DNA of 64,000 nucleotides from contig CBDHHL010000056.1 in NCBI GenBank assembly GCA_965263355.1, positions 832,001 to 896,000 on the forward strand, in the 5' to 3' direction. The translations under genes were made by a program, and so were the position numbers. The notes under the pieces are model-generated. The model saw nothing but the letters and a program-made list of their open reading frames with translations. It was not told the origin of the DNA and searched no databases. The stretch comes from Leptolyngbyaceae cyanobacterium. GTDB lineage: Bacteria; Cyanobacteriota; Cyanobacteriia; Phormidesmidales; Phormidesmidaceae. This document shows, piece after piece, positions 11,239 through 20,849 of the stretch. Numbering within the stretch: the stretch's first letter is position 1; every line of letters begins with the position of its first letter.

Positions 11239-11442
11239 ATGATTTGGGTAAATGAGCATATAGATCCCTCTGGGATTATTTATTCGGCTATTGCCTGTTG
11301 CGATCGCGCTGCTGCTGAAGACTGTCATGCCACCTTTCAAGCAGCTTTGACTGATGAACAAAAGGAAGCTGGTTGGGTTGCCCGGTTGCGCCAGGTAGAC
11401 TCTTGGGAAGACGTCCCCATCAGTGCACTGAAGCTGTCGTAG
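11239..11442 (+). CDS. Small conserved cyanobacterial hypothetical protein
   Basis: MIWVNEHIDPSGIIYSAIACCD...W...SW..VP pattern; ATG at 11239 preferred over TTG at 11230. Confidence 0.7.
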   Translation: MIWVNEHIDPSGIIYSAIACCDRAAAEDCHATFQAALTDEQKEAGWVARLRQVDSWEDVPISALKLS

Positions 11443-11480
11443 GTATGTCAGATTTGCCTACCCTCATGTCCATTTGAGCT

Positions 11481-11669
11481 ATGCAGGAAAATTTTATTAA
11501 ACTTAGTCAGTTTCTAAAGCTCAAGGATTTAGTGCAGTCTGGCGGGGAGGCAAAGCATCTAATTCAGACTGGGCATGTATTGGTAAACAATGAAGTTGAA
11601 CTACGTCGTGGTCGCAAGTTGTATACGGGCGATCAGGTTACGTTTGCAGGTCAAATCTATGAGGTTTAG
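11481..11669 (+). CDS. S4-domain RNA-binding protein (YaaA/YbcJ family)
   Basis: IKLSQFLK...SGGEAKHLIQTGHVLVNNEVELRRGRKL. Confidence 0.9.
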   Translation: MQENFIKLSQFLKLKDLVQSGGEAKHLIQTGHVLVNNEVELRRGRKLYTGDQVTFAGQIYEV

Positions 11670-11802
11670 CTAATACCTACCTTGATGCCTAACCAAACTA
11701 AAACTTACATTACCTGCCACTTAAAAGTGACATAGAAAGCTCTTCCTAACGTCACATTAAGGGGCAGGCAAAAAAACAATCTAAATAATCATCATCTATA
11801 GC

Positions 11803-12504
11803 CTACTTGCGTATGGGCGCAGATTGAAGATGATGCTTATCGCTGGTTTGATGCATAGCAGAAGGTTCACTATGGCCATTTTTATTAACAGATGCTGTAT
11901 GACCATTTCCATGGTTATGAGCTTCCAGCCGTGGTTGAATCAAACCATAGCCACCGTGATTTCTTTCATACATCACATTAATTTGATCGGTTTCAGTGTT
12001 GTAAAACACGTAAAAATCGTGATCAACTAATTGCAGATTCTCCAATGCTTCCTGAACCGACATCGGAGGCATTGTGAAATATTTTGTTCTAACAACTTCT
12101 TCAGGTAATTGGGGTTGACGCTGCTGCAATAATTCCGATACTTGCAAATTTGCATCCTGTGAACTGGTATCAATTTCCATGGAGCGTACGGAAACATGAT
12201 CGGAACTGCGACGTTTCTCCTTATACTTACGCAGCTGTCGACAGATTTTGTCAGCGACTAAATCAATGCTTGCATAAAGGCTGTCGCTACTTTCTTCGGC
12301 TCGCACCACGGCACGATTTACATATACTGTTACTTCAGCACATTGCCGAGTTGGCATTTTTACCCCACCAGCCACAGACAAACAAACATCAACCTTATTG
12401 ATCATTCGTTGAAAGTGGCTAACTGACTTCTCGATTTTCTGCGAAACATGCTGGCGAATAGCCTCTGTAATTTCAATATTTTTTCCTTGGATAACAAGCT
12501 TCAT
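11803..12504 (-). CDS. hpf: Ribosome hibernation promoting factor, long form (LrtA)
   Basis: MKLVIQGKNIEITEAIR, SLYASIDLVADKI, C-terminal TKYFTMPPMSVQEAL...YERNHGGYGLIQP. Confidence 0.95.
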   Translation of the reverse strand: MKLVIQGKNIEITEAIRQHVSQKIEKSVSHFQRMINKVDVCLSVAGGVKMPTRQCAEVTVYVNRAVVRAEESSDSLYASIDLVADKICRQLRKYKEKRRSSDHVSVRSMEIDTSSQDANLQVSELLQQRQPQLPEEVVRTKYFTMPPMSVQEALENLQLVDHDFYVFYNTETDQINVMYERNHGGYGLIQPRLEAHNHGNGHTASVNKNGHSEPSAMHQTSDKHHLQSAPIRK

Positions 12505-12890
12505 AAAGCTGCCTCCATCGATAGAAGATATGCAATTAATTTCACAATAACACTTTTATTTAGAGAGGGTTTTTCTCTTTAAAAACATTTTTATCCGTTG
12601 ATAATTCTTTAGAATTACCTATGGGTTGATTTTAATTATCTCGCACACTTTCTAAGTCAAAATTGCTTATGAGGCAAGGATTTTACAGAATTTCAGATAT
12701 ATCTTTGCCCAGGGACATTGGTTTAGGACTCATATTCCTTAATATTTTTTTAAACTATTAGGTTTCACTTCAAAAATCTAAAAACCATTACATTGATGCA
12801 TGCTTATCGTTCGTTTGATATAGCTAAAACTTAGTCAATATATGGTTAGTTAAATTACTTGTACAACTACACAAAGGTGACATTTTTATA

Positions 12891-13568
12891 GTGATTGAAG
12901 ATAGAAAACTTATTGTTCAAGATATGGGATTAGTAGACTACGAATTAGTCTGGCAATATCAAAAAGATGTGGTGGCTAGGCGCAAAAATGCCTTGGTTTC
13001 TGACGATGTCTTGATATTGACCGAACATATGCCGGTATATACCCTAGGTACCGGTTCTCAGGATAGTTTTTTGCATTTTGATATGGCTGATCCAAGGTAT
13101 GAGGTCCACCGAGTAGAACGGGGAGGCGAGGCGACTTACCATTGTCCTGGCCAGTTGGTAGGGTATCCCATTTTAAATTTGGGTAATCATCGCAAGGATC
13201 TGCATTGGTATCTACGTCAACTGGAAGAAGTTGTCATTCGGACCCTTGCTCATTATGCTCTCGTTGGCCAACGCATCAAAGGACTGACAGGGGTATGGGT
13301 TGATGGCCATAAGGTAGCCGCTATTGGCATTAAAGTCAGTCGATGGATCACTATGCATGGTGTTGCCCTTAATGTCTGTCCAGATTTATCAGGATTTAAG
13401 CAGATTATCCCTTGCGGTATTACTGATCGACCGGTGGGGGCAATGGCTCAATTTTTACCGGATATCGCTGTTGCAGCAGTTAAGCCAGTTTTTTTAAAGC
13501 ACTTTGCTGAGGTGTTTAATCTACTGGTCGTATATGCAGATTTACCTGCCACACATTTGCATGATTAA
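12891..13568 (+). CDS. lipB: Octanoyltransferase LipB
   Basis: EHMPVYTLG, RGGEATYHCPGQLVGYPI, KVAAIGI, IIPCGI. Confidence 0.95.
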   Translation: MIEDRKLIVQDMGLVDYELVWQYQKDVVARRKNALVSDDVLILTEHMPVYTLGTGSQDSFLHFDMADPRYEVHRVERGGEATYHCPGQLVGYPILNLGNHRKDLHWYLRQLEEVVIRTLAHYALVGQRIKGLTGVWVDGHKVAAIGIKVSRWITMHGVALNVCPDLSGFKQIIPCGITDRPVGAMAQFLPDIAVAAVKPVFLKHFAEVFNLLVVYADLPATHLHD

Positions 13569-13779
13569 GCTGGTGATATAAAAGTTTAACTACGGTTTGA
13601 CATACCGCTTTAGACCTATGGCATCAAGTCATGTATGCCCCTACGAGTCCTGACTTGAGTTGCTCTTGCATTGTCCCTGCCAGCTTGAATATCAGGTTCC
13701 CACAGAGTTGAAATAGTCGTTTAGAATAGCGAACCGCATTGCAGGCCCATACAATGGTTAGATAGCGGACATTTGGCCT

Positions 13780-14163
13780 ATGCTCGATCATAGTTTCCCT
13801 GCAGCGAAGCCCCCCAGCGAATTTCACTCAGTTGCTCAGAGCCTAGTTGGATTTGAGCAGAAACCTATTTTCTCATCCTTGGTAAAACCTGTTCAGGAAC
13901 CGTTGCCCCTCAGTTGGCAGGCTCTTGGTCATATCCAGCAACATGAGATTGATGCGCTACTGAAACCTTTGACATTTCATGCTGATCCTCTCATGCCTCT
14001 GCGTCAGCGTGATCAGCATGCTTTGGATGAGGTTTTTAATGATATTCAGGTGGAAGAAGTTTTAGCTGATATCTATCTGCGGCTTAAACAGCTTTATCCA
14101 GAGCCCTGTTGGGAAGATAATCCATTTGATAATCCATTTGATTTTTTAAAAGAATACATGTAA
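13780..14163 (+). CDS. Hypothetical protein
   Basis: 127 aa ORF with ATG start, fills the gap, followed by a stem-loop; family not recognised. Confidence 0.6.
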   Translation: MLDHSFPAAKPPSEFHSVAQSLVGFEQKPIFSSLVKPVQEPLPLSWQALGHIQQHEIDALLKPLTFHADPLMPLRQRDQHALDEVFNDIQVEEVLADIYLRLKQLYPEPCWEDNPFDNPFDFLKEYM

Positions 14164-14184
14164 TTAAAGTTCTTTGCGCCTAAC

Positions 14185-14230
14185 AAACATCCCAGTTGCT
14201 CTTGCCCTAAGAAGAACAATTGGGATGTTT
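14185..14230. terminator. Stem-loop between convergent genes (possible bidirectional terminator)
   Basis: aaacatcccagttgctctt ... aagaacaattgggatgttt inverted repeat. Confidence 0.6.
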
Positions 14231-14317
14231 AGTTAATGGTTTAACTAACACCTTGTCCACATCCAAAAACTGCAATTTAACTGTAGAGGAGACGACAGGT
14301 TTAAACTTGGACGTGGT

Positions 14318-14761
14318 TTAGAACGGGATTTCGTCGTAGTCGGGAGCGGTGTTTGTCGGTTGATTCGTGGGCGAAGGACTGCCGGTGGCTGAAGGGCCAC
14401 TGTTAAGATTGCCTTCAGCAATAGGAGGAGCCTCGGCCATCATCATAGATTGTAGGTCAGTAATCCGATGTAGGCGCTGGACAGTAATCTCTGCCTGTTT
14501 TTCACGAAATCCTTCAGGCCGGTCGACAGTTTTCATGGTTAAACGGCCTTCGAGCACGACCCGGTCCCCTGGACCATAGCTAGCGTCCTGGATAGTTTGG
14601 GCCAGGTTGCCCCAGCCAATGGCTTTGAACTGAGAGGGACTATCGTCTGGACGTAAACCAGCTATTTTAACTTTGAACTCGGCAATGGGAGTTTGATTAT
14701 CAGAGGTGTAGCGCAGTTGCGGTGTCTCTACAATCTCTGCCATGAGGATGCAATGGTTCAT
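14318..14761 (-). CDS. ssb: Single-stranded DNA-binding protein (cyanobacterial long type)
   Basis: MNHCILMAEIVETPQLRYTSDNQTPIAEF OB-fold; acidic C-terminus DYDEIPF. Confidence 0.9.
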   Translation of the reverse strand: MNHCILMAEIVETPQLRYTSDNQTPIAEFKVKIAGLRPDDSPSQFKAIGWGNLAQTIQDASYGPGDRVVLEGRLTMKTVDRPEGFREKQAEITVQRLHRITDLQSMMMAEAPPIAEGNLNSGPSATGSPSPTNQPTNTAPDYDEIPF

Positions 14762-17289
14762 AAAACTTGTTCCTCTCGAATGCCCTGCTCTTTTTCAATA
14801 AAACTTTGAACTCGCTGGCGATAATCCTGCAACCTGGCGTCTACCCAATCACGGTCGGCACTGTTGGCAAAGACATGGACTAACGGGTCACCAGCGTCCG
14901 GTAAAACCAGCACCCAGTTATCGCGGATACGGTCAACTACCTTAACACCGTCTAGCAATTCAAGGGTATCGGCAGGATGACTTTCCACAAGATAACGCAT
15001 GAGCGCTCCTTTGATGGTCCATGGGCATCGCAGGGTTTGTACCCGATGGGAAATGCGGGGCAAGTCACCCCAAATACGTCCTAGGGACTGCTCTTGAATT
15101 GTTAACATTTCGATTAACTTGGCGATGCAAAACATAGCATCAAAACCAGGATGGAGCTGGGGAAAGATAAAGCCCATGTCACCACTGCCACCAAGGACAA
15201 CATTTTTGCTCTCCTGACAGGCTTCCATCAGGGCAGTCGGATTTGCTTTTGTCCGGACTACATTACCGCCATGGCGACGGGCAATCTGCTCAATGGCCCC
15301 AGAAGTATGCACAGGGACCACAACGGTTCCCTGGGGGTGAGCGGTCAGAATCATATGGGTCATTAGGGCTGTAAGCATCTCCCCTCGAATGGGTGAGCCC
15401 ACTTCGTCCATAAGAATCATTTGTTCGCCATTAGCAGCTACCTGTACCCCAAAGGTGGCTTGTAGAGCTTGAACTACCTGGCCCAGCTGACCTAACATAC
15501 CCTCGCGTTCAGGTATGGAGGGTGCGGTTTGGCTAAGGCTGGCATTTAGGACGACGGCATCACAACCAAATTTCCCCAGTAGCCTTGGCAGTACGGCACC
15601 GGAAACAGCATAGGCATAGTCGATGACGACCTTGGACTTACTATGGCGAATCGCTTCAACGTTCAGATGTTTTTCAAATTCGGTTGTGTAAATGTCAACC
15701 AGGTTAGCTGGATAGGCGACTTCGCCAATCTCATGGATTTGGGAACGTCTCAGATTTTCCTTAAAATAAGCGCCTTCAATTTTCTTTTCCTTACCTTTGG
15801 GAATGTCAATGCCGTTTTTATCGAAGAACTCAATCAGAATCTGATCAGCCCGATCAGGGTGGATTCGCACATGGATACCTCCTGCTACATCCAAGGTTGG
15901 CAGGATAGCACGAGCAAGGGGAATCGCGGTTGCTTCTAAATTTTGTACATTGATGCCCACAGACATGAGTCCAGCGATTAGCGATCGCGACACCATTCGC
16001 GAAATACTACGCTGATCGCGAGAAACGGTAACATTAGCCCCTGGTTTCAGAGTGGAACCATAAGCAGCCCCAAGTTTGACCGCAAACTCAGGAGTAATGT
16101 CAACATTGGCCAGACCCGTCACACCGCGTTGACCAAAGAGGTTACGCTGGGCCGTATTACCCCAAATCAGATTGATATTGAGCGTTGCCCCAGATTCAAT
16201 CCGCTTACTGGGCCATACTCTAACGTTGGGACTAATCTGCGCTTCTTCTCCCACAGTAGAGAGTGCGCCCACCACGGCACCTTCGAGGACATGGGCTCGA
16301 CGGTCGGCACGGGTCCCCCGAGCAATGACGCAGGCTCTCAAGTGGGTTTCATCACCGATAATGGCTCCATTCCAAATAATCGGGCGTTTGAGGTCAGCAT
16401 CGCTACCAACGGTAACGTTATCCCCAATAACAGTGCCTGGTTCTAGCGTGACCCGTGCCCCGATGCGACAGTTGTGACCAATTAAAACTGGTGGCTTGAT
16501 GATAGCAGTGGGATCAATATGGGTGTTTTGCCCCACTCGTAACCCTGGGGAAATTTCAGGGTAAGCAAAATCTACGAGAACTTTGCTATTGAGGGCATCG
16601 TATTGAGCCTCACGGTAGGCTTCGAGGTGGCCCACATCACACCAGTAACCGTCTGCTATGTAGCCATACATAGGGTCGCCTTTTTCTAGCAGCATAGGAA
16701 ACAGATCCTTCGAGAAATCCTTTTCTTGATTGGGGGGTAGATAGTCCAGGATCTCGGGTTCTAAAATGTAGGTACCAGTGTTGACCGTGTCTGAAAAAAT
16801 TTCACTGGTGGAAGGCTTTTCCAGAAATCGCTTGATACGTCCTTCTTCGTCAGTAATGACCACACCAAATTCAATGGGGTTAGGGACTCGAGTTAGCACC
16901 AGGGTAGCTTTGGCACCATTCTCTTTATGGAAACGGATGGCCTTGGTCAGGTCAAAGTCCGTAATACTATCGCCACTGATCACTAAGAATGTGTCATCCA
17001 AGAGTTCCGAAATATTTTTGACGCAGCCTGCAGTACCTAAAGGTTGATCTTCCTCCACCGCATAAGTTATTTGCACACCAAAGTCGCGCCCATCCTGGAA
17101 ATAATCGCGCATCACATCGGGTAGATAGTGCAGCGTGGCAATGACCTCCTTGATGTCATGTCGTTTCAGCAGATTGACAATATGTTCTGCAATGGGACGA
17201 TTAAGTACAGGAACCATGGGCTTAGGCAGGTCACAAGTCAGAGGCCGAAGCCGGGTGCCAGAACCACCAGCCATGAGTACTGCCCGCAT
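14758..17289 (-). CDS. Sugar-1-phosphate (mannose-1-P) guanylyltransferase + hexapeptide repeats + phosphomannomutase-like fusion
   Basis: MRAVLMAGGSGTRLRPLT...PKPMVPV, EKP, WCDVG; LbH repeats; LFGQRGVTG mutase-like domain; ATG 17289 follows a GGAGG SD. Confidence 0.9.
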   Translation of the reverse strand: MRAVLMAGGSGTRLRPLTCDLPKPMVPVLNRPIAEHIVNLLKRHDIKEVIATLHYLPDVMRDYFQDGRDFGVQITYAVEEDQPLGTAGCVKNISELLDDTFLVISGDSITDFDLTKAIRFHKENGAKATLVLTRVPNPIEFGVVITDEEGRIKRFLEKPSTSEIFSDTVNTGTYILEPEILDYLPPNQEKDFSKDLFPMLLEKGDPMYGYIADGYWCDVGHLEAYREAQYDALNSKVLVDFAYPEISPGLRVGQNTHIDPTAIIKPPVLIGHNCRIGARVTLEPGTVIGDNVTVGSDADLKRPIIWNGAIIGDETHLRACVIARGTRADRRAHVLEGAVVGALSTVGEEAQISPNVRVWPSKRIESGATLNINLIWGNTAQRNLFGQRGVTGLANVDITPEFAVKLGAAYGSTLKPGANVTVSRDQRSISRMVSRSLIAGLMSVGINVQNLEATAIPLARAILPTLDVAGGIHVRIHPDRADQILIEFFDKNGIDIPKGKEKKIEGAYFKENLRRSQIHEIGEVAYPANLVDIYTTEFEKHLNVEAIRHSKSKVVIDYAYAVSGAVLPRLLGKFGCDAVVLNASLSQTAPSIPEREGMLGQLGQVVQALQATFGVQVAANGEQMILMDEVGSPIRGEMLTALMTHMILTAHPQGTVVVPVHTSGAIEQIARRHGGNVVRTKANPTALMEACQESKNVVLGGSGDMGFIFPQLHPGFDAMFCIAKLIEMLTIQEQSLGRIWGDLPRISHRVQTLRCPWTIKGALMRYLVESHPADTLELLDGVKVVDRIRDNWVLVLPDAGDPLVHVFANSADRDWVDARLQDYRQRVQSFIEKEQGIREEQVL

Positions 17290-17626
17290 AATTCCTCCTA
17301 TAGGTTTGTGAGAATTCAAACAATTGCTGTTGGGCTTAGTCGTTAATGGCTAACGACGTTAACCTTAGAAATGCATCCACGTATTATCTGCTGCGGGCAA
17401 AGTCATCATTCCTGTTTTAAATGCACTGTTAATTGTACTTGTTTTGTTAAGCTGACCTTCATATTCATTAAGAAGACTTTCAAAATATTTAGCTTACTGG
17501 GATGGACCATAGCTTATCGTGCTCCATGCCCTTTACTATCGGTCTTAGTAACTCTTGTATTTGCAGCTTCATTTCAGACTCAGATAAACTGAGTCACTTG
17601 ATTAAGCTTATTGCGAGGAAAAATCC

Positions 17627-17809
17627 ATGCCAACTTTATTGGGACTACTTTTGCTAGGCGGTTATGGCTATGGTGCTTGGAAATTCTGGACCGGATTTAA
17701 TCGCACTAACTTTAGCAGTGGCAAACTCTACCTAACGCTGTTATGGCCTGTATTTATTATTAGTGCTTCCTATCGTCAGAACTTTACCAAGGCCCTAAAA
17801 GGACGCTAA
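17627..17809 (+). CDS. Small membrane hypothetical protein
   Basis: GAGGAA SD; hydrophobic; G.YGAWKFW.GF.RTNF pattern. Confidence 0.75.
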   Translation: MPTLLGLLLLGGYGYGAWKFWTGFNRTNFSSGKLYLTLLWPVFIISASYRQNFTKALKGR

Positions 17810-17828
17810 GGAATGGGGCACGCGCAAC

Positions 17829-17862
17829 AAGTAGGACGCCAGCTAAAGTAGGATGCCAGCTA
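17829..17862. repeat. 2 x 17 bp tandem repeat aagtagga(c/t)gccagcta
   Basis: Seen directly, intergenic. Confidence 0.8.
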
Positions 17863-17965
17863 AAGGTTTACCAGACTTTGACTAAAGGCTTTGGCGTCAG
17901 GCTTTGACAGTGAGGTTAAGCCGAATGGGCAGTTGTTGAATCCCTTAGAAACAGGAAAAACAAGC

Positions 17966-18634
17966 ATGGTATTAGGCCAGCTACAAGCAGTTGCTCAAAG
18001 ATTTGATCAAGAGTATCAGGGGAAGCCATTTGAGCTTCCAGACGAAGTCGAAGAGATGGCCGTGTTTAGGGATTGGGTAGCTGGCAGTTTGACACCAAGG
18101 ATTACCAGTAAGTTCTGGGATGTGGTGCGACCAAAGAAGGGGCAGCGCTGTTTAGATATCGGTTGTGGTCTGAGTTTTTTGATTTATCCCTGGAAAGAAT
18201 GGCAGGCGTTTTTTGTGGGTCAGGAAATCAGCAAGGTAGCCCAGGCTGCTCTGAATCAGCGTGGACCTCAGTTAGATTCAAAGCTTTTTAAGGGGGTGCA
18301 ATTGGCTCCTGCCCATAAGTTGGACTATGAACCGGCCACATTTGATTTGGCGATCGCAACTGGCGTGAGTTGCTATTACCCATTGGACTATTGGGAACAG
18401 GTCATGGCAGCCGTAAAACCCTGTTTAAAGCCAGGGGGAAGCTTTGTATTTGATGTGGTTAATCCAGAGGAAGAGCTGGCCGAAAACTGGGCTATTTTAG
18501 AAACTTACTTAGGTGTTGACATTGAACTGGTGGAATTAAAACAATGGCGTGACCTGATCAAACGTATGGGTGCCAAGGTAACGAAGCAGGCCGCTGGTGA
18601 AGTATTCCAGATTTACCGGGTACAGTGGCTTTAG
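17966..18634 (+). CDS. Class I SAM-dependent methyltransferase
   Basis: CLDIGCG motif I, FDLAIA, LKPGGSFVF; ATG 17966 after AGGAAA (the track starts at TTG 17891). Confidence 0.85.
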   Translation: MVLGQLQAVAQRFDQEYQGKPFELPDEVEEMAVFRDWVAGSLTPRITSKFWDVVRPKKGQRCLDIGCGLSFLIYPWKEWQAFFVGQEISKVAQAALNQRGPQLDSKLFKGVQLAPAHKLDYEPATFDLAIATGVSCYYPLDYWEQVMAAVKPCLKPGGSFVFDVVNPEEELAENWAILETYLGVDIELVELKQWRDLIKRMGAKVTKQAAGEVFQIYRVQWL

Positions 18635-18639
18635 GAGGT

Positions 18640-18679
18640 AATTTTGTAGGGGCGTTCCATGGAACGCCCCTACAAAATT
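18640..18679. repeat. GTAG-type REP-like perfect 40 bp palindrome
   Basis: aattttgtaggggcgttcca|tggaacgcccctacaaaatt. Confidence 0.85.
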
Positions 18680-18706
18680 CACGAAAATACCCTGAAAAAA
18701 ATACCC

Positions 18707-18734
18707 TTGACGGTTATGTCTGAGGTGCTATCTT
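18707..18734 (+). promoter_or_regulatory. Candidate sigma70-type promoter for the phosphatase gene
   Basis: TTGACG-N16-TATCTT with a TG extended -10. Confidence 0.35.
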
Positions 18735-18900
18735 AGTGTCTAAAATTTTGCTTCAGCAATTTTGTTTGAAGGCGTATAGTTAACCTTAAATGTTTGGCCT
18801 TAACTTTCTAGTTGCAAAGCGTGACCTTGACCGCTATATTGCCTTCCATTCGCTAGTATTTTCTAACTAACCGCTCAATTGCTCTTACCCGTCGGCCCTA

Positions 18901-20394
18901 GTGTCGGTTGTGCTTATGTCGCCCAGTCCATCGCTACCCTTTAATTCCCTTCCCGAGGGCAGCACCCTGCCGGGCGGCACACCTGTTTTTGCACTCAAAG
19001 AGTTGGTGGCACGGCTCCAGCGAGAACAATATAAAATTCAGGATTTGCTGAGTTCTTTAGGGTTTGCCCTCAGAAGTCTCAACAATATCAGCCAGTTTTT
19101 AGAACTGATTCCCATGATTGCCAGTCGGGTCACCGACGCTACCGGGGGAGCACTGGTTTTATTTCGTCCCAATGGTCAGTTACGGTTAGAGCGGCTTTAC
19201 TGCCCGACGAACGACAGCTGTCAAACCGTGCGCTATGCCCTGGAATCAGCCACCCGACAAATTACATCATCCCTAGCGGTTTCTCTCAATCCTAAAGGGG
19301 CAGAGGGGGAAGCAGTGGCCCTGACCCACCAGGCTGCCCGCAGTGCCATGGTGACGTTAGATCAACAATTAAATCACTTTCTGGCCCCCGAGCTGAAGCT
19401 ATTTGGTACCTCTATCATCGTTCAAAATGTGGAGCGTGGTCGTTTATATGTCTTTAGTGATGATGGGGATTATGCTTGGACAGAAACTCGGCAAAAACTA
19501 GTGCGGCTGGTGGCGGATCAAACTGCCGTAGCTATTGAAAATGATGAACTCACACTGGCACTACGCAAAAAAGAACGTCTGGATAGAGAATTAGAACTAG
19601 GTGCGGAAATCCAGGAGAAACTCCTGCCACGCCAATGTCCGGTGATTGAGGGCGTCGATCTGGCCGCTCGTTGCCAGACCGCTCAAAAAGTGGGCGGAGA
19701 CTATTATGACTTTATTCCCACTACCTATGACCAGCTACGTAATCCTACTACGCAGCTATCTTCGGCCCAGTCCTGGAGTATTGCGATTGGCGATGTGATG
19801 GGCAAAGGGGTGCCAGCGGGTTTAATTATGACCATGCTGCGAGGTATGTTGCGGGCAGAAGTGCTTAACGATCATTCCCCTGGGCAAATTTTGCAGAATC
19901 TCAACTGCGTAATGCATAACGATTTGGAGAGTTCCAATCGATTTGTAACGCTGTTTTATGCAGAGTATGACCCAAGAACCCAGCTATTTGCCTATGGTAA
20001 TGCGGCCCATAATCCGCCCCTACTGTGGCAGGCTTCAAGCAATACTATTAGTCGATTAGACGCCGATGGCATGTTACTGGGGCTAGATATTGACACCCGT
20101 TACCACGAGGGGCAGGTACAGCTTTATCCTGGCGATGTGGTAATTTTCTATACCGACGGGTTTACCGATGCTGCGAATATTCGCGGTGAGCGTTTCGATG
20201 AAGATAATTTGATTAAGGCCGTACGCTGGGCCTGTCGTAATTTGGCAAGCTCCCAAGAAATTTTGGAATATTTGTTCAATTTGCTACGCCATTTTATTGG
20301 TCCTGATCGCTCAAAAGACGACGATACGACACTGGTGGTGATGAAGGTCACGCAACCGGCAGAGTTCCGACAGTTGTCTGCGATTGAATCGTAG
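18901..20394 (+). CDS. GAF + PP2C/SpoIIE (RsbU-like) protein phosphatase
   Basis: VGGDYYDF, IAIGDVMGKGVPAG, NAAHNPP, FYTDGFTD, DDDTTLVV. Confidence 0.92.
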   Translation: MSVVLMSPSPSLPFNSLPEGSTLPGGTPVFALKELVARLQREQYKIQDLLSSLGFALRSLNNISQFLELIPMIASRVTDATGGALVLFRPNGQLRLERLYCPTNDSCQTVRYALESATRQITSSLAVSLNPKGAEGEAVALTHQAARSAMVTLDQQLNHFLAPELKLFGTSIIVQNVERGRLYVFSDDGDYAWTETRQKLVRLVADQTAVAIENDELTLALRKKERLDRELELGAEIQEKLLPRQCPVIEGVDLAARCQTAQKVGGDYYDFIPTTYDQLRNPTTQLSSAQSWSIAIGDVMGKGVPAGLIMTMLRGMLRAEVLNDHSPGQILQNLNCVMHNDLESSNRFVTLFYAEYDPRTQLFAYGNAAHNPPLLWQASSNTISRLDADGMLLGLDIDTRYHEGQVQLYPGDVVIFYTDGFTDAANIRGERFDEDNLIKAVRWACRNLASSQEILEYLFNLLRHFIGPDRSKDDDTTLVVMKVTQPAEFRQLSAIES

Positions 20395-20418
20395 GGGCAT
20401 TGCATGCAATACCCCTAC
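20391..20418. repeat. GTAG-type REP-like palindrome overlapping the phosphatase stop codon
   Basis: gtaggggcattgca|tgcaatacccctac (1 mismatch); the TAG at 20392-20394 is the stop. Confidence 0.8.
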
Positions 20419-20560
20419 TTGATGTTATCTAGGTGTAGTGCAATGATCGACTTGCCTTAAACTGCGTTCAAAGGGTAACCTGTGGCTCTCTCCAGGATCA
20501 AGCTCAATTCTGAACGTGAATAAGGTTTAGTGATTTGTCTACCAATTTTTAACAAGCCCC

Positions 20561-20794
20561 ATGAAAATTGACACGTATACGGTTTCCTTTGATGATTTCG
20601 CCCCCTTGAACGCACCTCTACTAGACCAGCCAGTGACTATGGTGACAGCTCCTGTAATCGCTCAACAGTTTGAAGACAATTTTGCGAGTCGGTCTGGAGA
20701 GATTCTGAATAATTTTGTCGAGTCTGGACAATTGTGGGCATTGCTGATTGGTGTGGTTTTGGGCTACGCCATTCGCGGGATTACTACTTATTAG
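20561..20794 (+). CDS. Small conserved membrane protein
   Basis: C-terminal [20 protein letters not shown] hydrophobic motif. Confidence 0.7.
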   Translation: MKIDTYTVSFDDFAPLNAPLLDQPVTMVTAPVIAQQFEDNFASRSGEILNNFVESGQLWALLIGVVLGYAIRGITTY

Positions 20795-20849
20795 CCGGGC
20801 TACTATTTACTGTTCACCACTTACTTGCAGGAGTTTTTACGATTTGAGT

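Noticed and set aside
20748..20849. N-terminal extension of argH in the ORF track
   Set aside because: Overlaps the upstream small gene; ArgH similarity starts at ATG 20850
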